64,000 nucleotides of DNA from Phycisphaerae bacterium (lineage in GTDB: Bacteria > Planctomycetota > Phycisphaerae > UBA1845). The translations under genes and the position numbers were made by a program. Shown piece after piece: positions 30,325 to 39,345 of this stretch. Position 1 is the first letter of the stretch, and every line of letters begins with the position of its first letter. The stretch is from assembly GCA_963666835.2 (NCBI GenBank), contig CAXXGO010000001.1:160001-224000 (forward strand), written 5' to 3'. A model generated the notes under the pieces. It made no database searches, was not told where the DNA came from, and was given only the letters and a program-made list of their open reading frames with translations.

Positions 30325-31178
30325 TGAACGACGCCCCTCAGGTCGCTGAGTTGTTCCACGAGGTGGCTCAGCTCAACTACGATGATCCTCTCCGGCAAGG
30401 CTCCTTGCTGGAGTTCCCCAATTACGGCCAGGTCGTGATGACCGGCGACCTCCACGGTAACCGCCGCAATTTCGACAAGCTCCAGAAATACTGTGATCTT
30501 GAGCGCGCCGGTGCCCGTCATGTCATGTTGCACGAGATCATTCATGAGGACGTCACAGCGGCCGCCGCCCACGATATGTCGCATGAGGTGCTCTGCGCCG
30601 CGGCGATGTGGAAACGCGATTACCCGGACCAAGTCCATTTTCTTCAGAGCAACCACGAGCTGGCCCAGCTTGGCCGGCACGAGATCACGAAGAACGGCCG
30701 GATCGTGACGGTCGATTTCGAGGAAGGTATCGCCAAGAGCTACCCCAAGCAGACGGATCTGGTGATCGAAGCAATCGATGCGTTCTTGCGCTCGTATCCT
30801 CTAGCCGGCCGCACGCGGAACCGCGTCTTCCTTTCGCATTCGCTCCCGAGCCCGCGCAACCTGCCCTGCTTCGACGCCCAGGTACTATCGCGAGTTCCCA
30901 CGGACGCCGATCTGGCCGATCGCGGCTCCGGACACATGCTGGTCTGGGGGCGCTACCAGACGGATGCGACTCTGGAAGCTCTGGCCGACCTATTGGACGT
31001 GGATTACTTCATCTGCGGTCATCAGCCCCAGGAGATGGGCTATGACGTCGTCCACGATCGCCTGATTATCCTGGCGAGCGAGCATAACCACGGGGTATTC
31101 CTGCCGGTGGATCTCAACAAACCCACTAATCTCGAGAAGCTGGTCAGCAGTATACGCCGGTTTGTTGCCGTCGCGTGA
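30321..31178 (+). CDS. Calcineurin-like metallophosphoesterase
   Basis: GDLHG, SNHE, SHS, ICGH; start overlaps or abuts the kinase stop. Confidence 0.8.
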   Translation: MMNDAPQVAELFHEVAQLNYDDPLRQGSLLEFPNYGQVVMTGDLHGNRRNFDKLQKYCDLERAGARHVMLHEIIHEDVTAAAAHDMSHEVLCAAAMWKRDYPDQVHFLQSNHELAQLGRHEITKNGRIVTVDFEEGIAKSYPKQTDLVIEAIDAFLRSYPLAGRTRNRVFLSHSLPSPRNLPCFDAQVLSRVPTDADLADRGSGHMLVWGRYQTDATLEALADLLDVDYFICGHQPQEMGYDVVHDRLIILASEHNHGVFLPVDLNKPTNLEKLVSSIRRFVAVA

Positions 31179-31182
31179 GGGA

Positions 31183-31734
31183 TCAACCGCCGCTCTGACC
31201 GTCGCCGCCGTGCCGCCTTCCGGGTCCGTGCCCGGCGCCACCGCGCCGGCACCCTTCCGAGCCCGACTTGCCCCACCTGCTACAGTCGCGACAGCACTTC
31301 CTGCTGCACTCGCGCACCTTCGCGGCGCACAGGCCGTACAGTTGCTTCTGTTGCTGGGCAGTCAGATGCCCCCGCACGGTTATCAGATACTCGGCCACGC
31401 GCCGTTCGACCCGATTGTGGGCTTCAATAACCGCCTCTACGCGCTGGCGAATCTCGTCGTCGCCGGCATCTTCTTTCTCGAAGGTGGCCGCCAACTGTGA
31501 ACGCGCGTCGTGAAGTTCCCCTTGCAGCAAACCCAACTCTTCCGCAAAAACCGGATCCTGCTCCTTGATCGATTCGGCCTGCTCCGGATTCAAACCCAGA
31601 CGATCGGCAATAGGTGACAGAACTACGTCATTGCCCGCCGGACCTTGCGAGCGCATGGCCACCGTACCCACCAGGCTGCCCCCAAAGCAAAGCGCCGCCA
31701 CCAGGACGATTCCGATTGTGGTCTTCGCAATCAT
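31183..31734 (-). CDS. Periplasmic heavy-metal sensor / Spy-CpxP-CnrX-like protein with Cys-rich tail
   Basis: N-terminal TM, LGLNPEQ and HLTAQQQ (LTxxQ-like) motifs, tail CSRKCCRDC; ATGA overlap with the anti-sigma gene. Confidence 0.75.
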   Translation of the reverse strand: MIAKTTIGIVLVAALCFGGSLVGTVAMRSQGPAGNDVVLSPIADRLGLNPEQAESIKEQDPVFAEELGLLQGELHDARSQLAATFEKEDAGDDEIRQRVEAVIEAHNRVERRVAEYLITVRGHLTAQQQKQLYGLCAAKVRECSRKCCRDCSRWGKSGSEGCRRGGAGHGPGRRHGGDGQSGG

Positions 31735-32216
31735 GACGGCTCGCCTCCCACGACCGACTCCTCAGGCTCCAGTCCGCCGGATAAACCGGTGGCGGATCCG
31801 GCACCGAGCTCGATCCACTCCAATGCTCCGGCCATGCCGTGTAGTGTTGCGGGGCGCCCGCCGTTCGCCGAAGTCCTACCGGCCGGGACGAGATATCCGG
31901 CAACCACCCCCAGTCCGATGGCCAGGGCGATCGATGCGGCCAACCGAACCGGTACCATGCGGAACATCGCCCAGCCCGGCGGTTTCGCCGACGGTTGCCG
32001 CTCGTCCTCAACGGAAGCCAGAACGCGCGCGGTCAGGTCGCAACCCGAAACGTCCGGTTGCCAGCTATTCAGGGCGTTCCACGTTTCTGACATTTCAGCA
32101 TAAGCGGCGGCACAGGTCGCACAGCCTTCGAGGTGGCTGCGGAAGTCCCGCTGCTCGGAAGGCGACAGGTCTCCCGAGACCAGCCGAAGTACCAGACATG
32201 TCTGTGGACAAGTCAT
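31731..32216 (-). CDS. zf-HC2 transmembrane anti-sigma factor
   Basis: MTC...HLEGCATC; TM segment LAASIALAIGLGVVAGYLV. Confidence 0.85.
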   Translation of the reverse strand: MTCPQTCLVLRLVSGDLSPSEQRDFRSHLEGCATCAAAYAEMSETWNALNSWQPDVSGCDLTARVLASVEDERQPSAKPPGWAMFRMVPVRLAASIALAIGLGVVAGYLVPAGRTSANGGRPATLHGMAGALEWIELGAGSATGLSGGLEPEESVVGGEPS

Positions 32217-32237
32217 CAGAACGATCTCCAAGACTGA

Positions 32238-32264
32238 AACGAGCCGCTTTCCCGTATCCTGCGG
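32238..32264 (-). promoter_or_regulatory. Putative ECF promoter upstream of the anti-sigma gene
   Basis: Minus strand reads CCGCAGG-atacgggaaagcggct-CGTT (16-nt spacer); same motif at 32867 and 33248. Confidence 0.6.
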
Positions 32265-32271
32265 TTCATTC

Positions 32272-32829
32272 TCACGGTTTTTTGTACTCCTTAAGGGCTT
32301 TCCTGAGGTTCGCGTAACCTCGGGTGAGCAGCGATTCCACCGCCGATTCGGACCAACCGGTGGCCTCCACGACCGTCCTTTGGGGCAAACCCGAGAAACG
32401 GTGCAGAACAACGGCGAGCCGCTGTCGTTCCGGTAATGCGGCCACCGCGGCGCGGACAGCCGCAGCGCGATCTTCCTGTTCCACCGTCGTGCTCGGGCAC
32501 GCCGCCACCGGCTCCGCGACGTCGGGCGGGTCTCCCGAGAAGGGCCTTTGCTTCTTGAAGGCGTCCAGGCAGAGGTTCACGACAATGCGGTACAGCCAAG
32601 TGGTGAACCGAGCGGTAGGGCGATAACGCTCCGCCGACCTCCACACGCGAAGAAAGACCTCCTGGCCGATATCCTCCGCCAGAGTCATGTCACCCGTCGT
32701 CCGGCAGGCGATCTCCAAGACCCGGTGCTGATGCCGCTTGACGAGTTCGGCAAGTGCAGACCGCTCCCCCGCAGCCACTAAGGCCATCAGCGCCTCGTCA
32801 CTCGGACCGTCGGTCAGCACATCTGACAT
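32272..32829 (-). CDS. ECF RNA polymerase sigma factor
   Basis: AEDIGQEVFLRVW, FTTWLYRIVVNLCLD, LPERQRLAVVL, SESAVESLLTR. Confidence 0.92.
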   Translation of the reverse strand: MSDVLTDGPSDEALMALVAAGERSALAELVKRHQHRVLEIACRTTGDMTLAEDIGQEVFLRVWRSAERYRPTARFTTWLYRIVVNLCLDAFKKQRPFSGDPPDVAEPVAACPSTTVEQEDRAAAVRAAVAALPERQRLAVVLHRFSGLPQRTVVEATGWSESAVESLLTRGYANLRKALKEYKKP

Positions 32830-32866
32830 TATCGCATCGCCAGAAACCGGAGTCTCTCGAACGCAT

Positions 32867-32894
32867 CCGCAGGATACCGCAAAGGTCACTCGTT
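32867..32894 (+). promoter_or_regulatory. Putative ECF promoter (distal), pointing toward the Cys-rich gene
   Basis: CCGCAGG-ataccgcaaaggtcact-CGTT (17-nt spacer). Confidence 0.5.
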
Positions 32895-33247
32895 ATACAA
32901 ACAGGGAGAAAGAACCCGAAACCACGCGCGGCGCGGGTGCCCACCCCGGCGTTTGTCGGGCGCGGGTGCCCCATCCATTCCGGCGTTTGTTGGCCAGGAA
33001 CAGCCGCGCCGATTCCCCGCCGGAATGGGTGGGGGAGAGACCAGCCTCCGGCAGGCACTCGCGTTCTGCTCGATTCCCCACCCTTCGCCTCGGGCGTGGC
33101 GCGCATGCCGCATGTTCACCTGTTTACGGGGCTCTTTTGTCTACTGCGATATCCCGCAAGGCGAAGGACGGGGCACCCTCACGGGCCGGTCGCCCTTTGA
33201 TTTTCGGGCTGCCGAGTCACCGCAACCATGAAAAAACCCGGCATCGA

Positions 33248-33274
33248 CCGCAGGGCGGATCGGGCTCGGTCGTT
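33248..33274 (+). promoter_or_regulatory. Putative ECF promoter (proximal) of the Cys-rich gene
   Basis: CCGCAGG-gcggatcgggctcggt-CGTT (16-nt spacer), ~70 nt before ATG 33344. Confidence 0.55.
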
Positions 33275-33343
33275 CAACCCTCGGAAACGCAAGGAGCTCT
33301 CGCGATGGCGGCGAGCGGTTGGCAGCTTTGTTGGAGGAAGATC

Positions 33344-34255
33344 ATGAAAGGTATTTCGTTAACCTGTGCGGCGCTGGCGGCCTCAATACTCCTGACGGTC
33401 GGGCAGCCGACTCGTGCCACGGATGTGACGCCGTGCGGTCACGAGCGAATCGAAGGTGTGGTCTCTGCGGTAGACCTGGTAGCCCAGCGGCTGGTAGTGG
33501 ACGATGCGATAATTCAGATCTCGGACGAGACGAAGATCCACGGCACCCAGAACAAAGCGGATCTGGTCGATATCCGCGTCGGTCAGACCATCGTGGCGAT
33601 CGGAACAACCAAAGACGGCGTCCTGGCCGCCGCCCGGTTGAAGGTAAAACCCGGGAAAGGCCACCCCGAGTGCGGCGAATCCTGCGGTTTCGGCAAAGGT
33701 CCGTGTGCGAAGACCCCGCGTCGCAGCTCGGTCGACGATGTACGCGCGAACCCCTCGTGCCGGGGCGGATGCGACCGCTGCCCAAGCCAATGCGCGAAGG
33801 CTGAACGCCCGTGCGACGGCAACTGCCCCGGCGGTTGCACCTGCTCGGCGGCGAACTGTCACTGCGGCGGTGACTGCCGATCCGCGAAAGGCGGAAGCTC
33901 CTGCGATAGCGACTGTCCGTACTCGAAGGGCAAGTGCTCTTGTGAAGAAGACTGCCGTTGCTCAGAAGGCAAACGTCCCTGCAAAGGCGATTGCCACGGC
34001 GACTGCACCTGCTCAGCGGCGAAGTGTCAATGCGGCGGCGACTGCCGATTCGCGAAGGGCGGAAGCTCCTGCGATAGCGACTGTCCGTACTCGAAGGGCA
34101 AGTGTTCCTGTGAAGGAGACTGCCGCTGCTCAGAAGGCATACGCCCCTGCAAGGGTAATTGCCACGACGATTGCGCCAGCTCAGCGGCGAAATGCCACTG
34201 CGGCGGTAAGGGCAAGTGCCACCGGCACGGCGCGGCAAGACGATCTCGCGGTTAG
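33344..34255 (+). CDS. Secreted DUF5666-like OB-fold protein with metallothionein-like Cys-rich tandem-repeat tail
   Basis: GGAGG SD; signal peptide; IEGVVSAVD...TKI...DIRVGQTIVAIG...LAAARL; about 39 Cys in the last ~195 aa, in 56-aa (168-bp) repeats. Confidence 0.75.
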   Translation: MKGISLTCAALAASILLTVGQPTRATDVTPCGHERIEGVVSAVDLVAQRLVVDDAIIQISDETKIHGTQNKADLVDIRVGQTIVAIGTTKDGVLAAARLKVKPGKGHPECGESCGFGKGPCAKTPRRSSVDDVRANPSCRGGCDRCPSQCAKAERPCDGNCPGGCTCSAANCHCGGDCRSAKGGSSCDSDCPYSKGKCSCEEDCRCSEGKRPCKGDCHGDCTCSAAKCQCGGDCRFAKGGSSCDSDCPYSKGKCSCEGDCRCSEGIRPCKGNCHDDCASSAAKCHCGGKGKCHRHGAARRSRG

Positions 34256-34638
34256 ACTCGCAACCTGCCCAGGCTCCGGTCGCCGCAAGCGGCGACCGGG
34301 GCCTTTACTTATGCGCAACCGGACCCCACGCCGTTGCGGAAGCAGCGACGGATTGCCCTGCCGCGTCTTCCCCAATGAACCCCATCATAGAAGGCGTGAT
34401 CAAAGGGGCTCAATAACGAAGCCCCGAATAAGTTGGCCCGGATCATTCATCCCAGCGAAGTATGAGCCGCAAACCAATGTGGCGCCAGAGCTTGTTCCTG
34501 GCGTGGAAGCCGCTGTGTTACCGTTACGCCATCCGCGAGGGATGGCGCCACAGTGAGTTACGCGCGTTCATGCAAACGTCATAAGTGACTCGGGTCCGGC
34601 GCCGCCCACGATAATGGGCCGCACATCCCCGCCCACGC

Positions 34639-37596
34639 TTACTTGCCGCCGCGCTGCTCTAACAGGGCGGCAAGCTTTGTGCGGCCTTTCAGCTTCGCGT
34701 AATGCAGCGGTGTAAAACCGGCCTGGTCCGTTGCATTGACCGCAGCGCCGTTGTCCAGAAGGACCTCAGCCAGCGCGGTCAGCAGAGTATCCACTTCCGG
34801 CTCCGAGGGCCCCTGAGAAGCCGCAATGATAAGCGGCGTTGCTCCCGTCTCACTCCGGGCGTCCGCCTTCGCTCCATCGGCGATAAGCTGCCTGGCAGTA
34901 TCCACCTTGAACCGTCGGGCCGCAGCGTGCAGCGGCGTTTCGCCCATCGCATCGGTTGCGTTCACCTTGGCCCCGAGCTTCACTAGCTCTCCAACGAGCT
35001 TCTTGTGGTTGTTCATCGCGGCATGATGAAGCGGAGTGCGCCCCGCGTGATCCGCGGCCATGATGTCAGCCCCGGCTTCCATCAGCGGCGCGAGCAGCTC
35101 AGAACACCCTTTCACGGCCACAACATGAAGCGGGGTGAAGCGCTGGTCGTCGCGTGCATTCACCTCAGCCCCGCCGGCAATCAACATCCGGGCAGTTGCC
35201 GCGCGGGCTTGGCGTGCTGCTCCTGTCCGGTGGGCCGCGGCCAGCAGGTGCAGCGGCCGCTCGCCACGCTTATTCGACGTGTTCGGTGAAGCATCCGCGG
35301 CCAACAGACTCTCGACCGCCGCCGTACGTATCTCCGCAGCGGCGATGTGCAGCGGGGTATTACCGCGCTGATCCCTGGCAGATACCAGGTCCGGATTATC
35401 GACCAGCAAGGCGTTGATAGCCGGCGCATCTTCCGCCCGCACCGCGGCGAACAAATCGCCCGCACTATCGGCGAATGCCGAAGGACCCCCGACTATCGTG
35501 AAGACCACAGCTACAATGAGGAGTTCCGCCTTATTCATCTTGTTCCGCCTGCGTAACCGGTCGGTAGTCCGCGGCGAAGATGCCGTTGCGCTGGCTATCA
35601 TCGGGAACCGGTGCCGGAAGATCAAAGTGCCCAAGGTCATAATCAGCAGGGCCATTGCCGCCGCTCCCCACTCGGAAACCGTTGGAACGGCCTCGCCGGA
35701 GTTCGGGAGAACCGTAAAGACCGCGTCACTCTCGTCCCAGCCCCCGAAGGCGCCGCCGCCGTACACCGTCCGGCACCGTACCTTGTGGTTCGCACCGTCA
35801 GTAGTCGGAACCCAGACCGTTGACGTGGCCCCGGTGGGGGACTCGACCGTAATGTCGAACCACGTCGTATTATCTTGCGTCAAGGTAAGATCGTCGATCC
35901 AGACCGTGTCCGGTTGCGTAGTCGTGTTGAAGTCCTTGTCGTATTCCCATTTCAGCGTGTGCGGACCTGCGCCCAAAGTCGTCGAATAGTAGGTCCACGC
36001 GACCGAGCCGGACTCCGAGAACTGCAGAATGTCGTCGATGTAGAAGTTGAAATCGTCGTAGCCGTCCTCGGTACCGACCCGATACCAGAAACTCACCTCG
36101 CCGCCATCGGCGGAGCGCGTCATCCAGCTCACCTCATCGTCGTCGATAGCACCCGAGCGGGCAGCGTATGTACCCCCGTGAGCGGTACCCGATGCCACAA
36201 ACCAGGGTACATCTCCGCCGGTTACGAACTCCGCCGCGAGGCTACCGCTCTCGAAGCCCTCGGTGGTTACCGTGTTCTCCCCGTAGTTGGACGAATACTG
36301 CACCTGGAACGCCGTACTGGAGTTGCCCGTCCAAGATACGGTTGACGAGACGCCAGCCTCCAAGGTCTCACCGCCGTTCGGCGATACTACGGTCGTAGCC
36401 GGCTTCGCCAACGCGACATCCCACCGCGTGGCGTCACCCGCGTGTACTACCAGATCCGGAAACACCGCCGTGTCGTAGCCCTTCGCCTCGACCGACACGG
36501 TGTACGTGCCCGGGAGCAGCATGCGGTGATAATCGCCCACGTCCGGGTCGGTGTATACCGCGTGATCCCGTCCTTCTATCGTGACAGTTGCCTGACGCGG
36601 CAGGCCGGTGGCAGCGTCCGTAACGATACCCCGTACACCGATGAGCGCCGTCGCCATGTAAGCCAACATGGAATCGCGGTTGTTATTCCAATAGGTCGGC
36701 AACTGAGAGGCCGCGGGGTACGGCGACTGATCGTTGCTTATCTCCAGCGTTACCTCGTTGCAGCCCAAGTAGTGGTAGTTCCAATCCTGCATTCCCTGAT
36801 CGATTCGGTACCATGCCGCCCCGTTCGTAATCCCGTGATACCACGACCCATTCCACATCGGCGAGTTGTGTTGAGAGTATTCTTCGCTGATGTAAACGAA
36901 CAAGTCTTCGTCCGGGGACGGCGTGAACACACTCGCCCCTTCAGGGTTGTTGTCAAGCGGATAATTGACCACCAGAGCTCCCGTGTGGATGTTGGCCGAA
37001 AGCGTGAACGATTCGCCGAAACACCAGTTCATCACGACTCCCGTCTCGGCTGCCCGGCCGGCCGGAGTGTTGTTCGGGCTGGTGTAGGGATCGGGGAAAT
37101 CGCGGTTCAAATCTACGCCGTTGGCGTTTCGCCTCGTGCGGGTGCCGGCCATGTACCCGTCGGGGTTCATCAGCGGCATGATCCAGATGTCCATCTCATC
37201 GACCAGGTGGGTGATGTCCGGATCGACGCCGTAGTTGTCTGTGAGATGGTCAATCAGATACAAGCACATCTCGTTACCGACGATTTCGTTGCCGTGCATG
37301 GTCGAGATGTACTTGAACTCCGGCTCATCCTCTTCTGCCGGCACGTTGTCGCTGATGCGCAAAGCCCAAAGCTCCCGGCCTTGCACACTCGAGCCCAAAT
37401 CGTAAAGCTGGCAGATTGACCCGTGATCCGCCACCGTGTCGGAGAGGAACTGGCCTATCTCGGTGTGGCTGCGGTAGGTCTGCGCCGTTACCGGCGCGGT
37501 CCCGCAGGCCATTACCGCCAAGCCCGCCAGAACGCGTATGCCCAGCGGGCACCGCTTACTCGTTTGTGCAAGATCTAGGGAATGACGAATATGCAC
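34639..37596 (-). CDS. M14 zinc carboxypeptidase with IPTL-CTERM-like sorting signal, in frame with a signal-peptide-bearing ankyrin-repeat protein
   Basis: MHGNE, RRNANGVDLNRDFPD, NIHTGALVVNYP, GMQDWNY, EVTLE; VPTVSEWG+TM+RHR; then MNKAELL... (ATG 35538) and repeated TPLH ankyrin units. Confidence 0.85.
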   Translation of the reverse strand: MHIRHSLDLAQTSKRCPLGIRVLAGLAVMACGTAPVTAQTYRSHTEIGQFLSDTVADHGSICQLYDLGSSVQGRELWALRISDNVPAEEDEPEFKYISTMHGNEIVGNEMCLYLIDHLTDNYGVDPDITHLVDEMDIWIMPLMNPDGYMAGTRTRRNANGVDLNRDFPDPYTSPNNTPAGRAAETGVVMNWCFGESFTLSANIHTGALVVNYPLDNNPEGASVFTPSPDEDLFVYISEEYSQHNSPMWNGSWYHGITNGAAWYRIDQGMQDWNYHYLGCNEVTLEISNDQSPYPAASQLPTYWNNNRDSMLAYMATALIGVRGIVTDAATGLPRQATVTIEGRDHAVYTDPDVGDYHRMLLPGTYTVSVEAKGYDTAVFPDLVVHAGDATRWDVALAKPATTVVSPNGGETLEAGVSSTVSWTGNSSTAFQVQYSSNYGENTVTTEGFESGSLAAEFVTGGDVPWFVASGTAHGGTYAARSGAIDDDEVSWMTRSADGGEVSFWYRVGTEDGYDDFNFYIDDILQFSESGSVAWTYYSTTLGAGPHTLKWEYDKDFNTTTQPDTVWIDDLTLTQDNTTWFDITVESPTGATSTVWVPTTDGANHKVRCRTVYGGGAFGGWDESDAVFTVLPNSGEAVPTVSEWGAAAMALLIMTLGTLIFRHRFPMIASATASSPRTTDRLRRRNKMNKAELLIVAVVFTIVGGPSAFADSAGDLFAAVRAEDAPAINALLVDNPDLVSARDQRGNTPLHIAAAEIRTAAVESLLAADASPNTSNKRGERPLHLLAAAHRTGAARQARAATARMLIAGGAEVNARDDQRFTPLHVVAVKGCSELLAPLMEAGADIMAADHAGRTPLHHAAMNNHKKLVGELVKLGAKVNATDAMGETPLHAAARRFKVDTARQLIADGAKADARSETGATPLIIAASQGPSEPEVDTLLTALAEVLLDNGAAVNATDQAGFTPLHYAKLKGRTKLAALLEQRGGK

Positions 37597-37914
37597 GGTT
37601 CAGTTTGCCTTTCCGGGGGCCCATCTACGGGCGTCAGGAGTGATCGGGCGGTTGGGCTGATCCTCCGCCGACGAATCGAATTCGCGCTCCCCCCAACTAT
37701 ACCAGCCCTTCCAAGAAACAAGTCCCCATTGTAACAAAGCGGCACACCTGTCGCAACGGTTGATTCTGTTGTAAAGGCATTCTTCCGTGCGCCAAACGGG
37801 CCTGGCGCTAGCGCCAGCGGGGGTGGTTTCGCTGGGAAGGTCAACGGGGGGACCCTCGCCGCCCTCCTCGCAACCACGGCTGGACGCGCGCCGGCGCAGA
37901 AATACGGACGTAGA

Positions 37915-38130
37915 TCAGCCGCTGGACGCATCGGCCCCGCCATCCGTTGATGCCGGCGAACTGCCGCCTTCGGCGAACCATCTGCGGACGTCATCCGCCG
38001 TCGCCGGCGGGATCTTCGTCAGGCTGTTCTGCACCCACAGACCCCGCTCGCGGCAGCGGTCGATGAGCTGTCGAGATGTTACGCCAAGCTCCCTGGCCAG
38101 CTCCTTGATTTTTACTCCGCTCTTTGCCAA
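37915..38130 (-). CDS. Small stand-alone IF-2 N-terminal-like HTH protein
   Basis: VKIKELARELGVTSRQLIDRCRERGLWVQNSLTKI matches the IF2_N pattern; GAGGA SD before TTG. Confidence 0.65.
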   Translation of the reverse strand: MAKSGVKIKELARELGVTSRQLIDRCRERGLWVQNSLTKIPPATADDVRRWFAEGGSSPASTDGGADASSG

Positions 38131-38369
38131 TTCCGGATCGTCCTCTCCGCACTTACCCACGGCGCCGGTGCTGGAACGTCACGCCGATCTTGGGTGATTC
38201 TTGGTTCAACATTTTTCGCCCCGTTCGCACGTCGGGCGACGGAGTTGGCAGATTATAACAGTTCACGAGATCGCGCCTCTGCAAGACGATGTCCTTCTGC
38301 CGCACAATGGCAGTTCCGTACGGCACGATCGAGGCCCTACGCCTACAGTCAACAGCGCGCAACCCCCTC

Positions 38370-38560
38370 GTAGGGCACGGTCGAGGCACGCGGGTGCCCC
38401 GTCCATGCCGGCGTTTGTTGCGCTGAAATGCCGCATCGCCCCGCCGTCGGCATGGGTGGGGGACGGATTGGGTAGGGCACGGTCGAGGTACGAGACCTGC
38501 CACGAAGGCCCGCGATGCGTGAAGACCTCGTAGGGCACGGTCGAGGCACGAGACCTGCCG
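38370..38560 (+). repeat. GTAG-type REP copies
   Basis: GTAGGGCACGGTCGAGGNACGAGACCTGCC at 38472 and 38530; partial copy at 38370. Confidence 0.8.
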
Positions 38561-38726
38561 CAAAAACGCATGCTGTCCAAGCCGAACGCTGTTGTACGAC
38601 CCACTTCGGGGTTGGTGCGGAAGGGGGCTTTGTGTGCCCCAGGGTGGCACTAGAGCGGCTGCGCCGCTTCGTTTACCCTGGGCTTTGCTGTTCAACGCCT
38701 TGGCGTAGGTTCAAAAGGCGCAGATC

Positions 38727-39290
38727 GCGCGAAGACTCACGGCAGGTCTCGTTCCTCGACCGTGCCCTACACCCGCCGATGCAGCCCTACCCATACCGGC
38801 GGCGTTATCTGTCATACTGTAGGCAGGATGCCTGCGTTGCGCGAAGACTCACGGCAGGTCTCGTTCCTCGACCGTGCCCTACACCCGCTGATGCAGCCCT
38901 ACCCATACCGGCGGCGTTATCTGTCATACTGTAGGCAGGATGCCTGCGTTGCGCGAAGACTCACGGCAGGTCTCGTTCCTCGACCGTGCCCTACACCCGC
39001 TGATGCAGCCCTACCCATACCGGCGGCGTTATCTGTCATACTGTAGGCAGGATCCCTGCGTTACGCGAAGACTCACGGCAGGTCTCGTTCCTCGACCGTG
39101 CCCTACACCCGCTGATGCAGCCCTACCCATACCGGCGGCGTTATCTGTCATACTGTAGGCAGGATCCCTGCGTTACGCGAAGACTCACGGCAGGTCTCGT
39201 TCCTCGACCGTGCTCTACACCTGCCCGTGCAGCCCTACCCATAACGGCGGGGTTATCTGCCATACTGCAGGCAGGATGCCTGTGCTAAGC
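38727..39290. repeat. Tandem array, 5 x 112 bp, one REP per unit
   Basis: GAAGACTCACGGCAGGTC starts at 38731, 38843, 38955, 39067 and 39179; units are near-identical and the last is diverged. Confidence 0.92.
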
Positions 39291-39345
39291 GAAAGACGCT
39301 GGTGCAGGCGGGATGCCTGAGTTACGCCGGCTGAGCAGGGCGAAC

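Noticed and set aside
33342..34556. Alternative-frame ORFs over the Cys-rich gene (33705-34556 +, 33342-34238 -)
   Set aside because: They lack recognisable domains, while the Cys frame has an SD, a signal peptide and a DUF5666-like domain.
38727..39290. Possible CRISPR array or repeat-encoded peptides
   Set aside because: Whole units are near-identical; the ORFs (AGLVPRPCPT etc.) are just translations of the REP.
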